64,000 bases of DNA from an uncultured Eubacteriales bacterium (GTDB lineage Bacteria; Bacillota; Clostridia; Peptostreptococcales; Anaerovoracaceae): positions 3,124 through 67,123 of the forward strand of contig CAUTYX010000009.1 in assembly GCA_963542695.1 (NCBI GenBank), read 5' to 3'. The first letter of the stretch is position 1, and every line of letters starts with the position of its first letter. A program made the position numbers and the translations under genes. Under the pieces are notes generated by a model. The model was not told the origin of the DNA, did not search any database, and was given only the letters and a program-made list of their open reading frames with translations. Positions 36,701-44,887 of this stretch are shown here, in pieces.

Positions 36701-38577
36701 CCATGTCCTGTGCCGATGAACCGGAAGTATTTTTGCTTCCTGATGATGATCCTATTAACATCGCCAACGAAAGGGATTTGTGCAAATTAAAGACCATGAT
36801 GGCCGGCCATGATGTCTACATTGTAGTTGGAAGCGATGTGGTGGCAAACGCCAGCTCCTATAAAAAGCAGCCGGGAGAAAATACCATTCATAGCTTGAAC
36901 CACATTATCTTCCAGCGCATTACAGAAGAACATCATACGGCCACAGAAGATTCCTATGTGGAAAATAAAAAGCGCATCAATGGACACATTGTAGAGTTGA
37001 CGTTGCCGGTACAGCTGGAGGACATTAGCTCCACAAGAATCCGTGACAATATTGATAATAATAGAGATATCAGTTCTCTTATTGACCCGGTGGTACAGAA
37101 CTTTATTTACGACCATTCTCTATACATGCGTTCCCCGCAATACAAATATACTGTTCGCATGGAAGATATGAACTTTTGGGTGTCGCAGACAGACGGCATT
37201 ATGGAAACCATTAGTATTACTGATGTAACCCGGGATGATTTTGTATTAGCCGAAGCTTCTGTTCGCCGTCTTGACCTTGGCCATCTCTACGAAGAATTCC
37301 AAGATCTTCGGATTATGCAGCACATCCGTGGTTATGCTGTCGGTATGATTTTAGTTATTAAATCTATGAAGGTGGATCCTTCTTGGGATGCCGATGATCC
37401 ATACCAGTTGATTTTAACAGAGACGTTGTCAGAGGCGTTGAAGGAAGACTTTACCTATGCGGTGTACCATCCGGATCAAGAAGAGGTTAACAAGGAGTGT
37501 CTGGATGTTTTGCGAAGGCAAGGGTTCAAGGAAATTGTCATTAAGGGGAACCCAACCGGCTGCTACGCTGTAGATATGCGAAATCCGGTGACATTGTTTA
37601 CCGATATGGATACGGTGCTAAAGGAGCCTTTTACTCAAAGCAAGGCGCTGGATCAAGCGCTGTATCAGGCTCACATCAGAATGCAGGAATCATTGACCCG
37701 CATGTTCCCCAGGACTCTGGTGCTGTCCTTTGACTCGGCCATTATGCACCAAAAGCTGATTAAGAAAATTACCAGAGAAAATCAAGTACCGGTTAAACCG
37801 ACGAAGAAACGGAAGCTGGGTCCATATATTTGCGTGCCTTTTGGTCATATTTTGACGGGAAAAGCCGTTCCAAATACCGTAACAAAAGTGCTCCATACCC
37901 AGAAATTCTTTGCACCGAATTTGCAAAGCTTTAAGATCAAAGAGTATCCATTTTATGCTTCTATTGAAGATCAGGTTCGGGTTATTAAATCCTTTGATCG
38001 AAAAGCGATTTTAGTAGATGACATTCTCCACAAAGGGTACCGTTTGCAGAGTCTGTATCCTACGCTGCAAGAGGCGGAAATCCAGATAGATAAGGTTATT
38101 GTAGGACTTTTATCCGGTTCGGGAAAAGATATGATGAAGCTAAATGGCAGTGATGTGGACAGCGCATATTTTGTTCCTAACTTGAAATGCTGGTTTGTTG
38201 AGTCCCATATGTATCCGTTCATTGGAGGAGATGGGGTAGAGCGTCATACCGGAGATCCCGATGATCCGTTTACCTCTATTAACTTGATTATGCCGTACGT
38301 GTCACCTCACTTTTTAGAAGATGTGCCGCGGGAATCTCTCTATGAGTTTTCCAAAGTTTGCCTGGAGAATGCCCGGGATATTCTACGGACGCTAGAAGAG
38401 GAGTACCAGAAGGAATTTGGCAGAAAGCTGACACTGCAGCGCCTCTCGGAGACAATATTATGGCCGGTACTGACAGATGTGGGAACGTGCCTTGATTTTG
38501 ACTACACCATAGCAGCCAGTCGCTATGTAGAAGACGATATTGAACGATTGGAAAGGATGAAGGATTACTTAAAATGA
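33778..38577 (+). CDS. Giant (~1600 aa) multidomain protein: HD phosphohydrolase, HEAT-like repeats, NadD/NMNAT-type nucleotidyltransferase, an unassigned alpha/beta region, a PRTase-like domain
   Basis: One uninterrupted ORF. HD motifs are GHVAGVH (34321) and LHDIGKY (HD at 34426-34431). HEAT-like repeats include GDIRRKAATLIGLVL and VTVRHQAGQALTRIF (~35050-36450). GTFDPFSLGH lies at 36559-36588 and ISSTRIRD at 37024-37047. A PRPP-loop-like AILVDDILHKGYRL lies at 38005-38046. GGAGG at 33764-33768 precedes ATG 33778. Confidence 0.85.
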   Translation: MGVINSLDLQEALEARMTNRYFLKRMKVQKNHMESFLRDIDIAGHAARIARQDTITWKGVIDEMKSGLDLLCPEPAVGWRQYCYDYVLGFLFPDAEISPLDSRYDPGLLFIYEFMRTMLIVNRDGRPDDPVFDFELPRESELSEENHPALEEYRHYCRLDRDHYIYEFMFLGVELTGFNTLGHVAGVHNVAMFVARQLAKKGVPVDLALVSTSAALHDIGKYGCKKSEARRVPYLHYYYTDLCLKYLDMPMTAHIASNHSTWDLELENLSVENLLLIYADFRVKSSHAEDGREIIHIHTLDDSFEVILSKLDNVDDKKMARYQRVYAKLHDFEDYMKSLGISTDLHDYTVHPVKHIDDVMLSPAETVQRLKYLAIEHNVLVMNHFGNDADLASLLENARSEKAWKNIRAYLSTLQEYFTYMTRVQKVMTIEFARELLVHREGDIRRKAATLIGLVLASYDKEYRKELPEGVAEKMSLEGSIRMWNEHLRIVIHTDPKMTDQQKRWMGYTLKITLKALLDNVEDLEKREKYLSGFLDVMRQRLRSEDSVFIVLDTMLEVPFELCSRADVENIARFCRKMMDMDSPEIKVASLRVIKDLTTQISYSLLSAKAVEYMQEILETDVYGDERASVVYLKAISAAALSFWGEMSSKCRKAYEDLGKATTSIFRENLKVDTPWNIKSVNIELMMDELEHGKMKEAFYIATHLANLLKVSERVTVRHQAGQALTRIFDMLNDDQRSEIAIELTKGLEIGEYQFSKYIPDYLGIIIARLSLESFNEVMYELGHLLKSNNDRVVGVTLDTLSVLLNYYMEYNDSEEAQKRYRRHRTRIIGMLMKGMANYHEPVSQEAFMIIGENIFGSSQLTLEEKFDIFRIMNKKMLTLIPPDADIELRFYNNAAALNHIYRFISDYQFYLKDPKLHHRKRIAFFPGTFDPFSLGHKGIVKTILSMGFQVYLALDEFSWSKNTQPREFRKKILTMSCADEPEVFLLPDDDPINIANERDLCKLKTMMAGHDVYIVVGSDVVANASSYKKQPGENTIHSLNHIIFQRITEEHHTATEDSYVENKKRINGHIVELTLPVQLEDISSTRIRDNIDNNRDISSLIDPVVQNFIYDHSLYMRSPQYKYTVRMEDMNFWVSQTDGIMETISITDVTRDDFVLAEASVRRLDLGHLYEEFQDLRIMQHIRGYAVGMILVIKSMKVDPSWDADDPYQLILTETLSEALKEDFTYAVYHPDQEEVNKECLDVLRRQGFKEIVIKGNPTGCYAVDMRNPVTLFTDMDTVLKEPFTQSKALDQALYQAHIRMQESLTRMFPRTLVLSFDSAIMHQKLIKKITRENQVPVKPTKKRKLGPYICVPFGHILTGKAVPNTVTKVLHTQKFFAPNLQSFKIKEYPFYASIEDQVRVIKSFDRKAILVDDILHKGYRLQSLYPTLQEAEIQIDKVIVGLLSGSGKDMMKLNGSDVDSAYFVPNLKCWFVESHMYPFIGGDGVERHTGDPDDPFTSINLIMPYVSPHFLEDVPRESLYEFSKVCLENARDILRTLEEEYQKEFGRKLTLQRLSETILWPVLTDVGTCLDFDYTIAASRYVEDDIERLERMKDYLK

Positions 38578-39557
38578 GAAGATTAAAGGAACTGTTTCGG
38601 GATCAAGCAATCCTCCAAGAAGGTCGTGATTTCTTTATTATCAAAGGTTACCATGAACCGTTAAAACGGCGCCAGAGAGTGCATATTTTAGCCATGGGAG
38701 ACGTAGGGGGCACCCTTGCTCTTGGCATGAAGCTGCTGGGAAGTGATGTCGTGGAGAAAATCGGTATTTGCGATTTAAATGAAGATATGTGCCGGCGTTA
38801 TGAAGCAGAGTTAAATCAGATTAGCCTGCCTGACGATCACGATTGCCTGCCTTTTGTAGAAATCGTTTCGCCAGAAGATCTTTTCAAATGTGATGCCTTT
38901 ATTTTCTGTGCGACCAAGGGTGTACCTCCGGTGGAGGCGACCAAAGGGGATATGCGGATGATGCAGCTAAAAGGGAATCTGGAGTTAATCCGGTCCTTTG
39001 GAAAGCGTGCTGCAGAGGAAAATTTTGGAGGCGATTTCTTCGTAGTATCTGATCCGGTGGATCCTCTTTGCAAACAAGTGTTGCTGCAAGGTGTCCATCG
39101 AACCCGTATCAAGGGGTATGGCCTGGGGGTAATGAGTGCCCGGGCTGCATACTTTGCAAGACAACACGAGGAACTGCAGGATTATTTGTCCTATGGTCGT
39201 GCTTTTGGACCTCATGGGGAGGATCTTGTTATCTGCGATAATATTTATCTATATGATCAGCAGCGGTCTTTGAAACTGACCGAAATGACCGTGAAAGCGA
39301 ATCTTGCTATTCGGGAGATGGGTTTTAAGCCCTATATTGCACCGGCTTTTTCTTCCGGTGTGTTGTCGATTCTCTCGGATATGCGAGGGGATTGGCATTA
39401 TAGCTCTGCCTATTTTGGAAAAGACCAAACCGGTGCTTTTCTCGGTATGCATTGCCGCCGAAGAGAAGATGGCCTTGAAGTAGAAGATTTGCCGTTAGAT
39501 GACCGACTTTTTGACCGGATTGCCCGTGCCCTGGCCAATTTGGAGGAGTTGCTGTAG
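38574..39557 (+). CDS. LDH/MDH-family 2-hydroxyacid dehydrogenase-like protein
   Basis: Rossmann VHILAMGDVGGTLALGMKLLG. FFVVSDPVDPLCK compares with the LDH motif VVSNPVD. GPHGEDLV compares with the catalytic-His region GEHGDS. The start ATG overlaps the giant gene's TGA (ATGA at 38574-38577). Confidence 0.75.
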   Translation: MRRLKELFRDQAILQEGRDFFIIKGYHEPLKRRQRVHILAMGDVGGTLALGMKLLGSDVVEKIGICDLNEDMCRRYEAELNQISLPDDHDCLPFVEIVSPEDLFKCDAFIFCATKGVPPVEATKGDMRMMQLKGNLELIRSFGKRAAEENFGGDFFVVSDPVDPLCKQVLLQGVHRTRIKGYGLGVMSARAAYFARQHEELQDYLSYGRAFGPHGEDLVICDNIYLYDQQRSLKLTEMTVKANLAIREMGFKPYIAPAFSSGVLSILSDMRGDWHYSSAYFGKDQTGAFLGMHCRRREDGLEVEDLPLDDRLFDRIARALANLEELL

Positions 39558-39560
39558 AAA

Positions 39561-40628
39561 ATGGATAAAATCACTCTGATTATTCCTGAATACGACGGCA
39601 ACGATCGTTCCGGACGATTAGAAGGAGTTATTCGCCATGGTTTGTCAGGTCTTGAAATAGAGATTTTGGAGACCGTAGATCAAATGGCTATGCAGGATTT
39701 GCGGGAGCGGCGGATTCTCTTTGCAGTGGCTCTTGGAAATTCCGGTATCAATCTGGAAATGTATCGAATGATTCGCTATATCCGTGCCCACAAAAATCTC
39801 TTTGATGGTTCTGTGGCCGGTATGGTATTAAATGGAAACAGTGAGCTGTTTACCAAATCGGTAGCAAGGGATTTGGTGTTTTCTGCCAATCGTTCCGGCT
39901 GTACGTTCCCCGGAAGACCTTTAGTGGAAGGCACCGGCAGCTTGTTGAATTTTACCGTCATTGCTAAGATTCACGGTCTCGACAACTTAGGAGCCTATAG
40001 ATATTCTGTGCGGGCTTTAGTGGAGCGAGTCCTTAGCTATAAACCACCGGTTATCCGTGACCGCAAACCACGACTTCTTGCCCTCCATGCCGGCAATGCC
40101 ATGACATCCAACACCTTAGGTCTTTGGCATTTGGTTCGGGAAGGGCTGGATTGTGATGTGAAGGAAATTTCATTGCGTGACGGGCAAATTTGGGATTGTC
40201 GTGGCTGTTCTTATGAAACATGTCTGCACTTAGGCGAAAAACAAAATTGTTTTTACGGCGGTGTAATGACACAGGAGGTGTACCCGGCTATTGGAAAGTG
40301 CGATGGTTTGGTAATGGTTTGTCCCAACTACAATGATGCCATCAGTGCCAATTTATCGGCTTTTGTAAACCGATTGACGGCAATTTTTAGAGTCAGACCC
40401 TTTTACGACAAACGTGTTTTTGCGGTAATTGTGTCAGGGTATAGCGGCAGTGATATTGTTGCACAGCAGCTGATCAGTGGGCTGAACATGAACAAATCCT
40501 TTATTTTGCCATCACGGTTTGCCTTAATGGAAACGGCCAATAATCCGGGAACGGTTATGGATATCAAGGGGATTAAAGACAATGCTGCCGAATTTGCAGA
40601 TACCATAATGAAGGAATTCCAATCTTGA
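39561..40628 (+). CDS. Flavodoxin-fold NAD(P)H-dependent FMN reductase / iron-sulfur-flavoprotein-like protein (two-lobed)
   Basis: The C-terminal half LLALHAGNAMTSNTL...CDGLVMVCPNYNDAISANLSAFVNRL...FAVIVSGYSG is FMN_red-like. It has a compact Cys cluster DCRGCSYETCLHLGEKQNC. It starts 4 nt after the upstream stop. Confidence 0.65.
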   Translation: MDKITLIIPEYDGNDRSGRLEGVIRHGLSGLEIEILETVDQMAMQDLRERRILFAVALGNSGINLEMYRMIRYIRAHKNLFDGSVAGMVLNGNSELFTKSVARDLVFSANRSGCTFPGRPLVEGTGSLLNFTVIAKIHGLDNLGAYRYSVRALVERVLSYKPPVIRDRKPRLLALHAGNAMTSNTLGLWHLVREGLDCDVKEISLRDGQIWDCRGCSYETCLHLGEKQNCFYGGVMTQEVYPAIGKCDGLVMVCPNYNDAISANLSAFVNRLTAIFRVRPFYDKRVFAVIVSGYSGSDIVAQQLISGLNMNKSFILPSRFALMETANNPGTVMDIKGIKDNAAEFADTIMKEFQS

Positions 40629-40682
40629 AAATAAAAGAGGATATGGAGTATAATAAATAAGTTACGAGGAGAGGAGGGAATC

Positions 40683-42071
40683 ATGGACGAAAAAATGGAA
40701 TTTCAAGAGCTTGTGGAACGGGCTTTGAAACGAATGGAAAACAAAGAGTACATCGTCGTTCGTGATGAACTTCTTAAATGGAAAGACGCCGATGTAGCTG
40801 AAGTTATTGAAGAAGTAATGGATGAAGTCAGTTTAGACGCTGCCATTATTCTGTTTCGAATGCTTCCCAAAGATGTATCGGCAGATGTCTTTGCTTATTT
40901 ACCTACGGAAGACCAGCTGGCCATTATTCGCGGCATTACCGACCGGGAAATTTCCTATATCATTCAAGAGCTGGACTTTGATGATAAGATTGACGTTTTG
41001 GAGGAATTACCTGCCAACCTGGTAGATAAAATTTTAGAAAAAACGCCTCGTCACGAGCGGAAACAGATTAACACGTTCCTAAACTATCCGGATAACTGTG
41101 CCGGTACGTTGATGACTCCTGACTATATTAGTCTCAAGGCTAATATGACGGTAAAGGATGCCTTGCGCCATATTAAGAGAGTGGGGATGGACTCCGAGAC
41201 GGTCTACACTTGTTATGTCAAGGATGAGAGCCGTCATTTAAAGGGCATTGTGTCATTGCGCAAGCTGGTTATCAGTGATGCCAACACGCCGTTATCGGAG
41301 TTGATGATGCAGGATATTGTTTCCATCAATGTGTTGGAAGACCAAGAAGAAGCCTATGAGACTTTTAAGAAATACGGTTATTTAGCAATTCCGGTTGTAG
41401 ACAGTGAAGATCGTCTAGTGGGAATTATCACCATGGACGATATTTTAGACGTTATTGAAGAAGAAACCACAGAAGACTTTGAGAGAATGGCCGGTATCGT
41501 TGATGACTCCACCACATCCTACTTGGATATTGGTGTGTTAAAACACGTGCGAAACCGTCTTCCTTGGCTTCTTGCCTTGATGCTGATGTATATTATTACC
41601 GGTGCCATTATTTCCGGTTTTGAAGTAACACTAAAAGAAGTTATCAGCCTTTCTGTGTATATGCCGATGCTGATGGGTACCGGCGGTAATTCCGGATCGC
41701 AGTCGGCAACGTTGATTATTCGTAGCATGGCGGTGGGTGATATTGATTTAAAAGATGGTTGGCGTGTTCTTTGGAAAGAGCTGCGTGTCAGTGTCATTTT
41801 AGGAGTAGTCCTCAGTGCCGTAAACTTTGTACGGGTTATGATAGAGCAACATAGCGATCCACGATGCTTTATGATTGCATTGACTGTGTGTTTATCTACG
41901 ATTGCCGTGGTAGTGGCAGCAAAGTGTATCGGCTCCATGCTTCCCATGCTGGCTAAAAAGATTGGCGTAGACCCGGCATTGATGGCATCACCTATGATTT
42001 CATCCTTGACGGATACGGTTTCTGTTACCACCTATTTCTTGCTTGCAACAGCGCTGTTGCAGATTGGATAA
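40683..42071 (+). CDS. mgtE: Magnesium transporter MgtE
   Basis: MgtE N-domain, a CBS pair (TLMTPDYISL..., IPVVDSEDRLVGIITMDDILDV) and a TM domain with GTGGNSGSQS. Confidence 0.95.
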   Translation: MDEKMEFQELVERALKRMENKEYIVVRDELLKWKDADVAEVIEEVMDEVSLDAAIILFRMLPKDVSADVFAYLPTEDQLAIIRGITDREISYIIQELDFDDKIDVLEELPANLVDKILEKTPRHERKQINTFLNYPDNCAGTLMTPDYISLKANMTVKDALRHIKRVGMDSETVYTCYVKDESRHLKGIVSLRKLVISDANTPLSELMMQDIVSINVLEDQEEAYETFKKYGYLAIPVVDSEDRLVGIITMDDILDVIEEETTEDFERMAGIVDDSTTSYLDIGVLKHVRNRLPWLLALMLMYIITGAIISGFEVTLKEVISLSVYMPMLMGTGGNSGSQSATLIIRSMAVGDIDLKDGWRVLWKELRVSVILGVVLSAVNFVRVMIEQHSDPRCFMIALTVCLSTIAVVVAAKCIGSMLPMLAKKIGVDPALMASPMISSLTDTVSVTTYFLLATALLQIG

Positions 42072-42074
42072 GTC

Positions 42075-42926
42075 ATGGAAACCATTACAAAAAGTTATAT
42101 AGACGATATAATGATTATGGTAAAGCGGACGAAAGATACCTACAAGAATAAATGCGGTATAATAGGGGCTGTTGCCGGTTCTGTGGGAATGGCCGGAGCT
42201 GCTGTATTGTGCGGTTTGGCAGCATTACGGGCCGGTTGCGGGTTGATGCAGTACTATGTTCCGGATGGGATTCGTGATGTGTTGCAAATAGCTGTTCCGG
42301 AGGCAACTTGTCGCAGTAGAAAACCGGATGAATCCATCTTGGATTGTGATAGTTTGGCTGTGGGACCGGGGCTGGGGTTCCATAAGGAAGATCGAGAAAT
42401 ACTGGCCTATCTTTTGGAAACGTATACCGGAACCATGGTGTTTGATGCAGACGGCATTAATAATATTACCCGAATGGAATTGCAGCCTCTTGTAAAAGAT
42501 TTTTCCGGAAATTTGATTATGACCCCTCATCGAGGTGAAGCAGCACGGCTACTGGGTATTCCGTTTATTCCGGCAGGAGAGCAGGCAGCTGCAAAGGCTG
42601 CACGGCATTTGGCAGAAACCTATCATGCCACGGTGGTGTTAAAAGGCCATGAGACCATTGTTTGTGATCCGGAGGGAAATCTTGTTTGCAATAGGGAGAC
42701 GGGAAATCCCGGTATGGCAACGGGAGGTAGTGGCGATGTGTTAACAGGTCTTATTGCCTCTTTGGTCGGCCAAGGATTGCCCTATATAGACGCTGCCATT
42801 GCCGGTGTCTATATCCATGGTATGGCCGGGGATTTGGCAGCAGAAAAATTTGGTGAAAACGCTATGGTGGCCGGCGATATAGCCCGGGCGCTGGCCGACG
42901 CAATAAAAAGTATTATTGGAAGATAA
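42075..42926 (+). CDS. nnrD: ADP-dependent NAD(P)H-hydrate dehydratase (YjeF C-terminal type)
   Basis: KCGIIGAVAGSVGMAGAAVLCGLAALRAGCGL; VVLKGHETIV; ATGGSGDVLTGLIASL. Confidence 0.85.
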   Translation: METITKSYIDDIMIMVKRTKDTYKNKCGIIGAVAGSVGMAGAAVLCGLAALRAGCGLMQYYVPDGIRDVLQIAVPEATCRSRKPDESILDCDSLAVGPGLGFHKEDREILAYLLETYTGTMVFDADGINNITRMELQPLVKDFSGNLIMTPHRGEAARLLGIPFIPAGEQAAAKAARHLAETYHATVVLKGHETIVCDPEGNLVCNRETGNPGMATGGSGDVLTGLIASLVGQGLPYIDAAIAGVYIHGMAGDLAAEKFGENAMVAGDIARALADAIKSIIGR

Positions 42927-42944
42927 ATTATGGAGGATGTTTGT

Positions 42945-43763
42945 ATGGACATAAAACAGTTGGAACAGGCTGCCAATAACGGACGGATTACCGCTATCAA
43001 AGCCATCCACCAAGCCGGTTCCGGTCACCCGGGCGGCTCTCTATCGGTAATGGATATCATTACAGTTTTGTATTTTCACGAAATGAAGGTGGATCCAAAG
43101 AATCCCCATGACAAAGACAGAGACCGGTTTGTTCTTTCCAAAGGACATGCAGCACCGGCTTTGTATGCTGTGCTGGCAGAAAGAGGATTTTTCCCCAAGG
43201 AAGACGTAATGACTTTGCGTCAGGTGGGAAGCCATTTTCAGGGACATCCCAATATGAACAAAGTTCCCGGAGTAGATATGTCTACCGGATCCTTGGGGCA
43301 GGGGCTTTCTGTATGTGTAGGTATGGCGCTGGCTGCCAGACTGGACGGAAGAAGCTCACGGATATACACGGTAATGGGAGATGGCGAAATCCAAGAAGGT
43401 ATGGTTTGGGAAGCTGCCATGTCAGCCGCTCATTATAAACTGGATAATATAACTGCTTTCCTTGATTGGAATGGGTTGCAAATCGATGGTAAAAATGAAA
43501 ATGTTATGACTGTGACACCGGTGGACGAAAAGTTTAAAGGCTTTGGCTGGAATGTGCTGAAGATTGATGGTCATGACATGAAAGCCATTGTCGATGCGCT
43601 GGAAGAAGCAAAAAAATGCAAAGGCAAGCCGACCATTATCATTGCCAAAACGATAAAAGGAAAAGGTGTTTCCTTTATGGAAAACCAGGCAGGGTGGCAT
43701 GGCAAAGCCACCAACCAAGAAGAGTTTCAACAGGCAATGAAAGAACTGGGAGGTGACCTATAA
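42945..43763 (+). CDS. Transketolase, N-terminal (TPP-binding) subunit
   Basis: GSGHPGGSLS, LSKGHAAPALYA, GSLGQGLS, GDGEIQEG. Confidence 0.95.
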   Translation: MDIKQLEQAANNGRITAIKAIHQAGSGHPGGSLSVMDIITVLYFHEMKVDPKNPHDKDRDRFVLSKGHAAPALYAVLAERGFFPKEDVMTLRQVGSHFQGHPNMNKVPGVDMSTGSLGQGLSVCVGMALAARLDGRSSRIYTVMGDGEIQEGMVWEAAMSAAHYKLDNITAFLDWNGLQIDGKNENVMTVTPVDEKFKGFGWNVLKIDGHDMKAIVDALEEAKKCKGKPTIIIAKTIKGKGVSFMENQAGWHGKATNQEEFQQAMKELGGDL

Positions 43764-44695
43764 TGGCAGATAAAATTGCGACAAGACAGGCCTATGGCGA
43801 AACATTGGTAAAACTAGGTGCCACCAATGAAAATCTGGTTGTATTGGATGCCGATTTGTCCGGTTCTACCAAAACAGCGATGTTTCAAAAAGAGTACCCG
43901 GATCGTTTCTTTAACATGGGTATTTCCGAACAAGATCTCTATGGTACAGCAGCCGGACTGGCTGCCGGCGGTAAAGTCGTGTGTGCCAGCACATTTGCCA
44001 TGTTTGCCAGTGGAAGAGCCTTTGAAATCATTCGCAATTCCATTGGATATCCCCATTTGAATGTAAAGATTTGTGCGACCCATGCCGGAATCACTGTTGG
44101 GCCTGATGGTGCCAGTCATCAGACCTTTGAAGATTTGGCTCTAATGAGAACCATTCCGGGAATGACGGTTATCAATCCTTCCGATGCTGTCAGCGCAGCA
44201 AAACTGCTGGAACAGGCTGTGGCCATGGATGGTCCTTGTTATTTGCGTTTTGGTCGTGCAGCTGTTCCGGTAACATACAAGGAATCCGACGCTTTGACCA
44301 TTGGAAAAGGAAATTACCTGCGCTCCGGTAAAGATGTGACGTTGATTGCCACCGGCATTATGGTCAACGAAGCTATGGAAGCTGCTAAGATTTTAGCTGA
44401 CCGAGGAATTGATGCAGGAATTGTAGATATTCATACTATCAAGCCATTAGATGAAGACATGATTCTTCAGGTAGCGGCCGAAACAGGAGCCTTGGTTACT
44501 TGCGAAGAACATTCTATTATCGGTGGACTGGGAGAGGCGGTTGCCTCTGTAACAGCTCGCAACAATCCGGTGAAGATGGCAATGGTAGGACAGATGGATA
44601 CCTTTGGTGAATCCGGATCGCCGGCAGAGTTGATGAAAAAGTATGGCATGAATGCGGAGGCCATTGTTGCAGCAGCAGAAAAGTTGGTAAAATAA
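43763..44695 (+). CDS. Transketolase, C-terminal (pyrimidine-binding) subunit
   Basis: TRQAYGETLVKLG, FFNMGISEQDL, THAGITVGPDGASHQ. Its start overlaps the upstream stop. Confidence 0.95.
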   Translation: MADKIATRQAYGETLVKLGATNENLVVLDADLSGSTKTAMFQKEYPDRFFNMGISEQDLYGTAAGLAAGGKVVCASTFAMFASGRAFEIIRNSIGYPHLNVKICATHAGITVGPDGASHQTFEDLALMRTIPGMTVINPSDAVSAAKLLEQAVAMDGPCYLRFGRAAVPVTYKESDALTIGKGNYLRSGKDVTLIATGIMVNEAMEAAKILADRGIDAGIVDIHTIKPLDEDMILQVAAETGALVTCEEHSIIGGLGEAVASVTARNNPVKMAMVGQMDTFGESGSPAELMKKYGMNAEAIVAAAEKLVK

Positions 44696-44744
44696 GTCGA
44701 TAGTTTAATTTCCGCGCTTTTTGCTTTTTCAGCAAAAATGTGAA

Positions 44745-44785
44745 AAAATCCGTACTTTTATCGTTTCGAGAAAAGTACGGATTTT
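44745..44785. terminator. Terminator hairpin after transketolase (palindrome family CCGTACTTTT/AAAAGTACGG)
   Basis: Perfect stem AAAATCCGTACTTTT / AAAAGTACGGATTTT around an 11-nt loop. Confidence 0.65.
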
Positions 44786-44887
44786 ATAATTTCTAATACA
44801 ATTTGTATGTACTGAGTTGTGATTCAGTTTTGAACCAGCTCCAATACCGGCTTGTGCACTGGCTTTCGATTGAGGGTTCCCGTGGTT

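Noticed and set aside
40629-40682. M-box (Mg2+) riboswitch upstream of mgtE.
   Set aside because: The intergenic space is only 54 nt, far too short for an M-box of about 160 nt.
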